A DNA stretch of 64,000 nt from Hormiphora californensis (Eukaryota > Animalia > Ctenophora): contig CM035351.1 in NCBI GenBank assembly GCA_020137815.1, forward strand, positions 6,882,001-6,946,000, written 5' to 3'. Every line of letters starts with the position of its first letter. The first letter of the stretch is position 1. The position numbers were made by a program, and so were the translations under genes. The notes beneath the pieces were generated by a model. It was not told the DNA's origin. It was given only the letters and a program-made list of their open reading frames with translations, and searched no databases. Below are positions 39,572 to 52,041 of the stretch, piece after piece.

Positions 39572-42005
39572 ATGGTGAAAGTTGAAGAAACAGTCAGTCC
39601 TCTAAAGCAGAAGACCCTTGATGGGCTGCTGAAGAAGAGTCCTGAGCCTTCTGAGAAATGTCCCGACAAGGCAGTACCGGTGAAGAGAGAGCCCCTGCAG
39701 ACCACAACCCAGAAACAGGAGGTGAAGAAGGAAGGGAAACCGACCAGGAATCAGCCTACAAAGGAGAAAAAGCAGGCCAAGGAAAATAAATCATCAACAA
39801 AAGGTAACAACGTGTTTTGTAACTAATATTTAGGTTACTATACTGGTACAGTCGGACCCCGATTTAGTGGCCCCCGATTTAGTGGTACCCCGATTTAGTG
39901 GCAGGATTTTTTCCCCGCGATATAGGAAATTAACATTATTTGAACCCGATTTAGTGGCACCCCGATTTAGTGGCAGGATTTTTTCCCCGAGGATGCCACT
40001 AAATCGGGGTCCGACTGTATATGATTATTGATTCTTGGATTAAAATTCCTCAGGTACTGCAGTAAAGAAAACAGAGAAGACCCGGCCAAAGAGACAGATA
40101 AAAGCAGCTACCGAGGAAAAAGATGACTTCAGGTACTAATTTTGTGAGTAATTAGTAGAAAATGTGCCGGTGAGTTTTCCAAATTAGCCCCAAATATCAG
40201 TTTAAAGAGAGTCTGGGGATCGCAGTAAATCACTGGGTGAGAGTGTAAAACACTGATTACTCAGAGCATATCTCATGTTTCACATTCTCCTACTGTTGTT
40301 GTTTGTGATGTAAATGTCTTGTAGCAGAGGATCACTTGAATGATCTCCGGTTTGGCCACTTCTATCTTTCTGTCTACCCAACTGAAAGGAACTGTCAACC
40401 TGTTAAAGTAAGAGTGGCGCGCCGTGTTTTCTCACAAAACTTAGTGGATGAACGGGGAGTACCACCAGGACCATTGGTACGGTATCGAAAATTTCCAATT
40501 CTGTCTCGTTCATTAGTTATGACGTAATATGTTCATTATTTCAACTTTCATAAAATTGCTCTACAGAAATATCTGTGCATTGTGGATTGAAATGGATGCT
40601 CGCATCGTGTTCAGCGTCAAAAAATAGTCGGGGTACCAAATTTTGGTGTCTCTACCTTGTCTGTGACGCGAGATATCGACAATTATCAAAAACGACCAAA
40701 ATGGGTGAGAGAGAGATTGTTACTTTTGGGTGCTAGTTGTTTGTGCGCGCCACCCAAAAGTAACAAACTCTCTTTCTCTCACTTTGGTCGTTTTTTCATA
40801 TTTGTCAATATCTCGCGTCACAGACAAGGTAGAGACACCAAAATTAGGTACCCCGACTATTTTTTGACGCTGAACACGATGCAAGCATCCATTTCAATCC
40901 ACAATGCACAGATTTTTCTGTAGAGCAATTTTATGAAAGTTGAAATAATGAACATATTACGTCATAACTAATGAACGAGACAGAATTGGAAATTTTCGAT
41001 ACCATACCAATGGTCCTGGTGGTACTCCCCGTTCATCCACTAAGTTTTGTGAGAAAACACGGCGCGCCACTCTTACTTTAACCGTAGCAACAACACGTTC
41101 ACTCATGGGTCTAATAATAAGTGGCTTCGATCGGTCAGGTGTGTTAGCAAGGAAGGTTATTATTGGGGATTGACCATCGTGTACATTGTATAACGTCTCT
41201 CTTCCCAGGAAGTTGTCTGATTTCTACCCGGTCCGGAGAAGTAAACGTCAGCCCATTTCCAAACTAAAAGATCAAGAAACCCAACAGTTGAGGGAGAAGA
41301 TTGAGAACAAATGTCATGAGGGTCTAGAGGTAACTATAATATCACAGTGTACCAATGTGATAGAAGTGTGGCTCTTTCAATTTACTGTTTTTTTAGTCAT
41401 TAGTAGTTCACTAGTCGTTACAAATGAGGCCCACAGTCTGTACCCCAAATTAACCTCCCTATCTTCACCGCAGATCCGGGAGATACCCGGAAAAGGAAGG
41501 GGTGTCTTCTCAAACAGACACTTCAATAGAAAAGAGTTTGTAGTTGAATACTCTGGGACCCTGATCTCATTCGAGGAAGCAAAACGGAGGGAAGCGGAAT
41601 ATGCTGAGCACCCTGATAAGTTTGGGTGTTACATGTACTACTTTTCATTCAAGAATAAAAAATACTGGTGAGTTCCATTTTTCACATCTTTCTCTCTCTC
41701 TCTCTCTCTCTCTTCATATCATATATACCCTTTGAAGAGGGCCCCCAGTCCCCACCAACCAGTACTTAACACCCCCTCCCTCCTCCTTGCAGTGTGGACG
41801 GTACGGCGGAGGACTGGCAGCTATGGTCGGCTTCTTGAACCACTCAGTAAATGGTAACGTGGAGACCAAGTTGGTGGATGTTAACAGTAAACCAGTGCTA
41901 ATTCTCATTGCTAAAACTGATATCCCACCTGATACTGAACTATGTTATGATTATGGGGAGAGAAGTAAGGATATTATTGATTCACATCCATGGCTAACCA
42001 GCTAA
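39572..42005 (+). CDS. KMT5A: H4K20 monomethyltransferase SETD8/PR-Set7 (apparent frameshift errors in the last exon)
   Basis: KLSDFYPVRRSKR (PIP-degron-like), GKGRGVF, EFVVEYSG, GCYMYYF, NHSVNGN, ELCYDYGERSKDIIDSHPWL. Confidence 0.93.
39849..40017. mobile_element. Tc1/mariner-pogo-type MITE, TA TSD
   Basis: TA-CAGTCGGACCCCGATTTAGTGG...CCACTAAATCGGGGTCCGACTG-TA with internal CCCGATTTAGTGG repeats. Confidence 0.9.
40407..41077. mobile_element. 671-bp palindromic MITE, TTAA TSD, AG...CT ends (Kolobok-like)
   Basis: TTAA-AGTAAGAGTGGCGCGCC...GGCGCGCCACTCTTACT-TTAA. Full-length arms, centre ~40742. Confidence 0.9.
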
Positions 42006-42919
42006 ACAATCCAGTATATGAGCTTGTATTCCTTGTTTTTATCCCAGTATTATATATCTGTGTGTGTATTTTAAATGATTTATCCGGAATGTGCGACAAG
42101 TGTGTCGCTGCTTTTTCAAACCAGGTGGCATCGCTTCAACAGTCGCCCGCCTAGAAGTGCTACTGCCGAACAGTTCGCACTTTTTCACACCATTATTTAA
42201 AGCGTGTATTTGTAACTTAAACTGTTAAACAATGAATTCCCATTCTGCTATCCAATATTAACTGCTAAAGGATCGTGTATTATTTGTTATCGCGGTGGAA
42301 ATTCCACACCCGAAAATCGGTGGATCACGGCTGTGTGACGTGCGCGGCGCGGCCTCCCAGCGCCAACAACCTCACCCACAACACAGTTGGACGGCTAGTC
42401 GTGTAGGGCCGCGCCGGCTCACCTGTTGTTGAGGTGCGGCGGGGGGATGCAAGCGACAAAGCCAGTGTATGAGGAGATCTGCTACATAGAGGGGAGTGGG
42501 TGAAACGTAATATCGGGGAAATATGCGTGTGCTTGCTACTTAAGGAGATGATCGACTAGAGTGGAATGTGCAGTGTGCATCTGTAGTCAGTATCATGTGG
42601 GCCACAAATTCACCAAATAGTAAAGGTCGGCGAGGGTGAGAGAGATTAAGTTGAGAGTACGGCAGAGAGGACAGAGAGGGAGAGACATATGGAGACGTAT
42701 ATATCTCTCAACTCCTGCGGTCGCTGGCATGCATTGCATTGTGGTATTCTCCCCTCCTCCTCCCTCTCAGTATATAAGAGATGCACAAATAAAGGGTGCA
42801 GTATGCACAATCATTCTGTGAAGTATACTCTGAACTCTCTACACATGCACATCTTACATGTTTCAGTGCGGTGATAATGTATGTGTAATGTTGGAGGTGG
42901 GGGAGGCTGCTAGCAGTTG

Positions 42920-43018
<99 letters not shown>

Positions 43019-45215
43019 AGTGGAGAGGAGAGAGATAAGAGAGAGAGAGAGATAGAGAGAGAGAGAGGGAGGGAATCTTTAGAGAGGAGAGAGAGAGAGA
43101 GAGCGAGAGAGAGAGATCTCTCTCCGTCTAGAGAGACTCTCGCTCCTCGAGAGCGGCAATGCAAGTTTCGTCAATACGTAAAGGAAATTTCCGTATTGCT
43201 GCAGTCGCAATCAAAACTTCAAATATTATATGGTTACGTTAGAGTCTCTGTGTGGACAACACACCCGCACAGATGTATTGAAGGTATATAAATTCTTCAA
43301 AAACACTCATTCACTCCACACGGTACAACACATTCATAAGAAATTATATAAATCTCAAAGAATAAAGAATCTAAGTAGTTATTTCTCTATTTCTTGCTCT
43401 TTTAAAAAACAACAACAACCATAAAAGTAGCATTAGGTGCACGTGCATGAGCAACACAAAACATTTTCCTGCATGCGATTTTCAACAAAAATATAAACTT
43501 CCTTAGACACGCGACTTAACAGAGAGTAGTTCATTGAATGAAAATCACGTCTATTCGAAACAGCCTGATCAAATCATAAATCCCCGACATGGGTGAACCT
43601 CTTTGTCTAGTCGTCCTACCTTTCTATTCCGCACATATATTCTCAACCCTCTTTTCTACTAACTCACTCACTGTGTACTCATATCCCTACGCAGAGAGAA
43701 GGGCATGCCCCACCGATACAGCAGGAAGAGAGTTGTTGCTGTATATCAGCAGTGAGACAGAGAGAGATGGGAGAGAGAGAGAGCTGAGAGAGAGAGGGGA
43801 GAGATAGGAGAGAAGAGAAAAGGGAAGAAAAGAAGGGGGGGAAAATTTTTAAAAAAATCAAAAGGAAAAGGGTTTGAGAAGAGAAGGAAAGGGAGGAGAA
43901 GGGGAAAGAAGAAAGAGAGAGATGCCAAAGGCGTCTAATTTCCCCCCTTTTACGTATTTCTAAAATGTACACTATTCGGTCAATAGATCTTTCCCCTTCC
44001 AAAGTAACTACCCCTTTCACTCAACTTTCCTCTCTCTCTCACTCCCTTTCACTCTCTCTATCTCTCTCTCTCCCTCTATATATGTATCTGGTATCTTCTT
44101 TTTCTATCTCCAATCTATTTCACTTAATTATTCTCTATATCAGTCCCAAAATATATTCACTATTAAAGTCTATCAAATTCACGGAAGTCGCTCAAAAACT
44201 AAACAGTCTCTCTGTTACTATCCCTGCGATACTGTACTACACTTGGATTTGGTCAGGTCCGAAGGGGGGGTTTTTGAGGGGGGAGGTTTTGGGGCTGCTT
44301 TAATCTCTCCAGGGCTGACGGCCGGTACAGGCCCATGGCACTCTTACACTGGAGTGATTCCAACTGAGGGAGAGGAAAGGGGGGAGAGAGAGAGGAGGAA
44401 AAGGGGGAAAGAAGGGAAGAAGAAGAGAAAGAAAGAGAAAGGGGGAGGGGGGGAGAGAGGGAGAGAGGGAGAAGAGGGAAGGAAAGAAGAGAGAAAAAGA
44501 GAAAAAAGAAAAAAGGGGAGAAAAAAGAAAGAAAGAAAAAGAGGGAAAGCATCACCAGCTGTGGGGGGAGGTAATTTTGGTGACAGTGTTATCCAACACC
44601 AACCTGCCTGCTGAACACTTTCTGACGGCTCAGAGCGCCTGTCAGCGCACCACACACATGCATATAATGACAGAGTATGGCAACATCAGAGGGGAAAGGG
44701 GAAAGGGAAATGAGGGAAGAATGCATTAGAAGGAAAAGAGTTGGAATTTGGGAAAGTTACACGGCTCTCCGGGATCCCCCGGGTTCCTAAGACGTCTTTT
44801 ACAAACCCAAAAAAACAAAAATCCCGTTAAACCGGGGGGGGGGACTACCCACTGAGAATGTGAGAAGGGCCCTGTCCCAAAGTCAGTTTCCCGCCCTCAC
44901 AAAAGGGCAAACATTCGTCTGTCAGTACTGGGGTGCATTAACCTCCCCCTTTCAAGTGATCCCCCCGGTTTGGGGTTAAGGAACTTCCCCTTGGGGCGAC
45001 TTTCTTGAGGGGTTTTTCACATTTAACCCCAGGGGGGTAATAAAAAAAAGGGAGAGAAAGAGAGAAAAAGAGAGGGATCACATCACATAGCATATAGCAG
45101 ACAGGCAGAGAGAAAAATATAGAAACATACCCCTCGATTTGCGATCGGTACGATCGCCCCAGTTTTGCTAGTTATATTAAAGTGGGACTTGTCACCCCAA
45201 ATATATTGGCCTCAC

Positions 45216-45381
45216 CTGACTTGAGGAAGGTATCAAACACCACAGAACTGGGGTGGATCTGCAGTTTGGGGGAGATGAGGGATTCTCTAAAGGGAGGAGG
45301 TGGCATTCCTCCCATCATCTCCAGCTGAGCTTTACTATGCAGCGGCTCAGACATAAAACTACCTGCGTGGGAGAGAGATAG

Positions 45382-45423
<42 letters not shown>

Positions 45424-47302
45424 TGATAGAGAAGAAGTTAAAAGAGAGAGGGGGAGAGAGACGGGTGTAAATCGTGTTCTTACTGAGGCTGAGTTACTAT
45501 GAGTTGGGAAAAGAGAGGCACTCAATAATACTGAGAGAGAGAGGAGCCTGGTCTGAAAACTACTACCCATCGCGTTTACCCGCACAGTAATTCTCCGTAA
45601 TTAGAGGCCTCCCTCCTGAGCGGCATACGGGAATGCTTAGTAATAATAATATAGATGTTCCACAAGAGGAAAGTAGTAGTTCTATTTACTTCTCAACTCT
45701 TCACTTTTCTACTCCGACACTTAGCGTTATAGTATATAACACCCTCATTCTCTCACAATTCCCTCTCTTTTATTGCTTTGTATTTCTAATTCAAGTAACA
45801 GTGAATTGCCCCCACTATCAACACCCCACTAAATATATCCCCCGGCCTTCTTACCTTCCCCAGAACTATATCCAAAGCCGTGAGGAGGTTTCTGGGAGCT
45901 CTGTAGGGATGGTACTGACGCCTGACTGTACGGTGGAACACCACCAGGCGGGCCCCCATGATAGGGTGGTGTCCTGTATGACTGGAAACTGGAGTCCATA
46001 GGTAGCGGTGCGTATCCATTTGTTGTACCCTCTAAAACAGGGTGGTTGTCATGGTTACAACTTATCTCTCTTGCTCATACAGGGCGGCAGTCTCGGCAAT
46101 ACTTCAAAGAGAAATTAGTAGCTTATAGGTTCGTCTCTCTCTTTTAAAAAGGACATTCAGCTAACTGACCAGAACGAATTTCCTACCCATTTCTGTGACA
46201 TACTTACCCATTATTTTCTGGTTTTGTGCTCTCCGGCGGATTCGAAGGTAGCATACCAGCGAGATGATGACCACTAGAATCAGCACCGCTCCTAGGACAC
46301 CGATGACTCCGTATAGAATGATTGCGTTTGGGCTGAAGGAAATAGTAAGGAGTTAGTGAATGGTATCTAGAAAATGAAGGAGAAGAGGGTTATTAAGAAA
46401 TATAGAGTAGTGAATGGGTTGAAAATGATGTAAGAAAGGATAGATATAGGAAATAAAGAGCGAAATGTGAAGATGTGTATAATGATCAAGTCGAATAAAT
46501 AAAGGAATCGCGTGAAAAGGCTAAGTTGCGATTCATAGTGGAGTTTTATTTCGTTCTATTCATTCTTTTAATAAAAGACGGAATACAATCGAAGCTAGAG
46601 ATGGAGATAATAATTTTCCCTGGGTTTGATACAAAAAAACGACCCAAGATTCGAAGATTAAAAAGCAACCCTATAATCCAAAAGTTAGAGAGACAATTAA
46701 AGGAATATACCCTTGGGGAAATGCTAGCGAAAGAGAAAGAGGAAAATACAACTAATATATGTATAGGAAACAATAAGACCGGCAGGAAGAGAACTTTTAG
46801 CAGGGAAAGGAAACCCTTCTTACCGGGTTAAAACTTAACAAGAAAGTGCGCTATCTTAAAGTACTTCCTATCCATAAAAGTACTCGCTAATTTCACTCTC
46901 TCTGGGAAGTGTTTATAGTCAAAGCCTAACTTCCCTATCTCTCTTCTCTCTTTTTTTTCCCCCCCTTTTCTTTTCCCTTTTTTTCTTCTATCCTTCCTTC
47001 GGTTAATACACGACCAATCCCCCAAAGGGGGTAGGCTGTGGGGGTTTCCCCGGGGATCTGTTATGAGGGGAAGGCTGGGGTAATAGTGGCAATTACAAGG
47101 GTAGTTTAAAGACATAGGGTTAAAGTAGGGGGAAAGAAAAGGGAGGTTTCATAGTCGATATAAGGAATCCCAGAGGAAGAGAATGATGTGTGAAGATGCT
47201 GCTAGTTGCTGTAATGTGTGCGATTCGTAAGTGGTCATTGCTACTTGAGAAAGGGACCTCACATCGCATCATCACTAGAAGCTACTGGAGGATTTTTATA
47301 TT

Positions 47303-47336
<34 letters not shown>

Positions 47337-48467
47337 TGAGTAAACAAATGAACTGGAATGAAATGAAATGGAATGTATGTGTATGTGAAAATAAATAATT
47401 CTCCTGGATATAATGCTAACTGAACTGACTTTATTCCTGATGACCCTTCGAATATGATATTTAATATGATCAGCCAACACACTATTCAGAATTCGTCAAA
47501 TAAGTTTACAGAGATCTAAGCTAATTCTAAGATCTCTCTTTAGTACTCAATTTGGAGCTCACTTGCTAGCGAGAATGTACTACAATGTACTTTAATGTAC
47601 TACAATGTACTATAATGTATGATCTCACTTGCTAGCAATAATGACCGGGCCAGGAAGAGAACAGTTTTTAGCCAGGTAAAACTGGAACTCCTCTTCTGTG
47701 TTATCACTGGGGTAGGTCAACTTCACATCAACCTGTACAAATGCCCTGACCGTATCTTTACAGGTGAAGTTGACGTTAAATGTATTCGTCATATTGTCCA
47801 CAATTCCCTGGAGGAGAAGGTGTGTTATTAGTACAAAGTGGGCCAGAAAGTCCCCCTAGATTTGGTAGAAATAAAGAAATAATGTATTGAGTAGATTGAG
47901 CAGAAACAATGATGTATTGAGTAGATTGAGTAGAAACAAACTATGTAATTATCTATCAGATTAGTAGATGACGTAATACCATGGTGGGTAGAGACGTTGT
48001 GGGTTCTTCCATTAGAGACATCTGTTCACTATGAAAGTTAACATAGTAGGAAGCTTTCTCACTTGACTTCATGGTGCATTCCATCACGCTTGTGTCTGAA
48101 GAGAGAGAGGGGAGAGTGGAGGAGGGAATTGGATCATGTGTAATCTTAGGCGCAGCTAATGATCAGTCATAGAATGGAAGTTGCGTGTAGAGGCTCTCTA
48201 CAAAGAAAGCTCTACAGTATAACTTTCTTTGTCCCCCTAACAAACCAGCATTCACTGAACAAGGTTTGGAAAAACAATCAACCCACCATTCATGATGGGA
48301 AACTCGTCAACTTTCTTTTTCGAGGTGAACATGTCGATGATCCGGCTGTCAGAGATCATGCATGGTTTAACTTTAAACACGGCAATATGGCAACACAGGT
48401 CGAACTTCTTGCGGGTGTGGACCACGACCAGCAGAGCCAGAACGCACAGTATTACCCGGCCTAACAT
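45216..48467 (-). CDS. RYK-like receptor: signal peptide, WIF domain, TM, start of a kinase-like domain (3' part unresolved, probably extending toward ~42.7 kb)
   Basis: MLGRVILCVLALLVVVHT; WIF-like MSLMEEPTTSLPTM|GIVDNMTNTFNVNFTCKDTVRAFVQVDVKL...FQFYLAKNC; TM IILYGVIGVLGAVLILVVIISLVCYLRIRRR; LQIHPSSVVFDTFLKSG resembles RTK subdomain I entry. Confidence 0.65.
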
Positions 48468-48869
48468 TCCTTCAGTTGCAATGAATCTATACCATCCTGG
48501 GAGAGAGACGCAGGGGATGGTTAGGGGTGGGAGGGAGAGAAGCAGGGGATGGTTAGGGTTGGGTGTAACAGATTGGTGCTGGAAACATAGAATAAAAGCA
48601 AGGTTAAAGTTTAGAGAAGTTAACAACAATCTGAATTACAATAACAACAAACGTATTCTTATATCAATCAAGTCAAAATATATCGATACGTGATACTTGT
48701 ACACACTTGGTACAGCTATCACATAACCATTAGAAGTTTTCTCTATCAGCTCAATCACAGTTATATAGTAGAGTAATAACACACACACGTCAGCAGGAGA
48801 GAGGATCTGTGCAAAGTCGGAAATGCAGGAATGTACCGCAGAGAACAAAGAGATCTCTCGCTCTCTCTC

Positions 48870-49332
48870 TCAGCTCTGATGGAGCCTCTTTATTTCCGAG
48901 CTCAGCACATCGAGATCGGTCATGATTTCAGAGAACTTTTCAAGAGAATTAGGGTCTTCACTAAGGGAACCAGACCTTGTGGCATCAAACTTAAGATGCT
49001 TTACTGCCAAGGCCTCTTGCTGTGCCCGCACCTGCAAATGTAATGAAGAAGAATTTGTTAACTGTTTAAAAGTGTTAACACACCCTTTATATTTCACTCC
49101 ATATTACGTGAGTAAATGCTAATGCCGATAAGCTTGAGTGACAAATAAACAATACACTAGATGTGGACGGTTCAATTCCACTAAAGTTTTAAGTTACCTT
49201 TTCTAACTTCTGGAAATCACAGGCACCTCTAAAAGCTTGCAGTGCACCATCACTAAAGTCATTCTTGACTTTCTGGAGATCTCGCTCTTTTTCCGGTATT
49301 GCAGAAAAGTCGCTGGTAAACGAGTGAGACAT
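48870..49332 (-). CDS. CCDC28: CCDC28 family protein; 2 exons
   Basis: MSHSFTSDF...NDFSDGALQAFRGACDFQKLEK|VRAQQEALAVKHLKFD...IMTDLDVLSSEIKRLH matches the CCDC28A/B core. Confidence 0.85.
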
Positions 49333-49734
49333 TACTACTAGGAAAAGGGTCAAAAGTCAAAATTAAGATCAATAATCAATTGGGACTGTTTATTGAATTA
49401 TATTGGACTTTGCAAGTGGGAATTGATAACTAAAAACTACAGTAAACAGAAATAAGCACAATATGGCTCTGGAGCAATCCAAAAGGCAAAATCCCTCTGC
49501 GTCTGTTGTCTTCAATCTGTGGTCCGCAATCCAGCCGCGCCAACGTTCCGGCTTCCGCGGAAGTCCGGAATCTGGGAATAATGGCGACGCCCGATCAAGT
49601 GTGATAAAAAGCACATACTGAGGACTCTGTAATCTGTATTGAGTCATGACCCACATTGCAGGCTTACCATATTTGATTTTTCGACGAATTTTCTAATTTC
49701 AGAACTTAGCGGGGAATTTCAAACATTTGGCGAA

Positions 49735-49956
49735 TAGTGGAAGCTCTTATGGTAATTCCCACGCCCCGTGGGAAAGTTTTTGACCGTGGGAAAGTTTTCA
49801 AAGCGTGGGAAAAGAGAGATACATACAATAACATTTAAAAAATAATTATTTTTTTAAAGTTATTGTCTGTATCTCTCTTTTCCCACGCTTTGAAAACTTT
49901 CCCACGGTTGAAAACTTTCCCACGGGGCGTGGGAATTACCGTAAGAGCTTCCACTA
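49735..49956. mobile_element. 222-bp palindromic MITE, TAG...CTA ends, 3-bp TSD GAA (Academ-like)
   Basis: GAA-TAGTGGAAGCTCTTA...TAAGAGCTTCCACTA-GAA with repeated CGTGGGAAA. Confidence 0.88.
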
Positions 49957-50894
49957 GAAAACATTTTTCCAAATTTTGATTTGCAGCGATTTGTGGAATA
50001 ATTTTCGCGCAACACGCAAAATGCCGTGTGAATGCGCTGCTCGCCGCGCACACTAAGCAAAACAAACTTAAAGCTTAATTTTAAAGTTCGGAAAAACGAA
50101 CTTTCCTTTTTTATCCGTTTCTTCTCCGTTTTTACTTTTCTTTCCGATTTTTGTCTTCATTTCTCGTGTTCGACGAGTCACAGAAGTGTCGTTTGTCAAG
50201 TGAATTGTGTCAGGAAGTAAATTATGGAAAATCTAATCGATAGCTGCATCGAAATCATTTGTCTTTCACCTCGGGGCTCGGTAAAATTGTCCACCGGAAA
50301 ATTTCCGGACCTGTGGCCTAGATGAGCGGCGTAAAAAGATGACGTACAAATTTAGTTTGCAGACTTAAAACAATTGTGTAATTTCTCACGGTCAATGCTT
50401 CACGCCCTGATGATACAGAGACTTGTAAAATGCAATTTTGAGATCATGTCGAGTTCTTCCTAACCTCAAAATTTCAAGTCTTTAGTTGATTGGGGTTTCC
50501 TTTAATATTCTTCAGCTTTAACATACATTGAACTGTAAATGTGGTTAACATACGTTTACCTCAGGTATTTGTTTTACTAGAAGATTCCTGATTCTGGATC
50601 GTACAGTGTGCTCACTGCTCTGTCACGTATTTTACAATGAATCTTTGTATTGTCTTCTTAACTTGAATTCGTTTCTCATTATGCTACTCTTGGTCAAATA
50701 TTCCTATTAGCCCATCGCCCAAATTTATGAACGGTCGCAACAAGTCCCAAGTTGGCAGTTGATTTAATTATGGGCCAACACGGCCAATTGAAACTACCAT
50801 CGTCCGACTTTACAAGAGCCCCCTCCCCAGTGGACGTGTTTTGTGGATGTCCCCTAAAGAGTGTGTGCTGTGTGTCATCTTTCGAGAATTTAAC

Positions 50895-51003
50895 CAGGAA
50901 CCGACCGAATCAAGTAAACAACCAATCAGAACTCGTTATTTAGGTCACGTGACTGGTTATCAGCCAATCAGGGACCAGTATTTCCTGATTCGGTTGGTTC
51001 CTG
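50895..51003. mobile_element. hAT-type MITE, 8-bp TSD
   Basis: AATTTAAC-CAGGAACCGACCGAATCA...TGATTCGGTTGGTTCCTG-AATTTAAC. Confidence 0.9.
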
Positions 51004-52041
51004 AATTTAACATTGGCATTGTCCCATCCACTGTGTGTGTTTCAAAGGAGAGAAAGTGGGGCAGATGTGAAATGTGTGAAGGGATCAAGTTTCCACACCA
51101 AGTGTTGCGTGGTGTAGAATGTGAATTGAATCGAGTAATCTTATTTGGGGACCTACATCAAATTTTAATGAGGTTCAAGTTGTTTACCTGATTGTAGATC
51201 ATATCGCTTAGTTAATTTTAGCACTGGCTACTCAAACCATAGTTTCGTGGACAAATCTAGAGTCCAGACAATTCTAGTAGACATACACATGACATAATAA
51301 CATGTATAAGTGTAGTTGTATGTTTGGAGAACTAATCTCAATTTTTTGCAAAAGCCGGGGTACCGGTTCAATTATTAAAATGGATATAGAAATCAAGGTC
51401 ATCTAGTCTGTACATAAGATGGATGTAATAAATTAATTCGAATTGTTTTTAATCATGTTACATACAATGTTAATATCATTCCTGTCGCTAAACCGTTTTG
51501 GGCTAGTGCCACGGTGACCCCTTAGGCTGATCACACGTGTCCTCAAGAGGCAGAATGATAATTGTTGCCTAATGTACTCATTGTCCCAAACAAATATTAT
51601 ACATTACAGCTAATTAATCGATGTTCTTTCCAATCTCTACGATTCACGATGTTCTTGAGTTGCTTGTAAAGATCCACTTATACTTCCGTGCTACTTTATT
51701 TCGCTTGTTGGTTGTTAGATCTCCCCACAATTCTACCACCCCACCACTTACAAGTTACAACCCCCTGTACAGTTGGTAAACCCCTTCAATCTTCATACCC
51801 CTGACATATCCAGGTAGTGGACCCCCTTTTGACAATTGACATATTGTTCAGACCTGAACGAAAATACTTGTTTCTTTTGTACCTGGTACAAAAGAAACAA
51901 GTATTTTCGTTTCTTAAAAGCTCTGCAGTTAAGATCACAATCATCAGTTGAGCATTTTCACCAGACCGTCCCTCAATAAACATGTTCAGGTAGTGAGCTA
52001 TGATCTAGGTAGAAGGGTGAGAGAGCAGCCGCAACAACATC

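Noticed and set aside
43780-45110. Homopolymer-rich purine stretch that might be a novel low-complexity element
   Set aside because: Looks like low-quality read sequence covering the expected RYK-like kinase exons; it cannot be interpreted.
46480-47160. Apparent extra ORFs or a duplicated exon
   Set aside because: A deletion-riddled copy of ~47300-47900 (compare 46778 with 47643); probably an assembly artefact.
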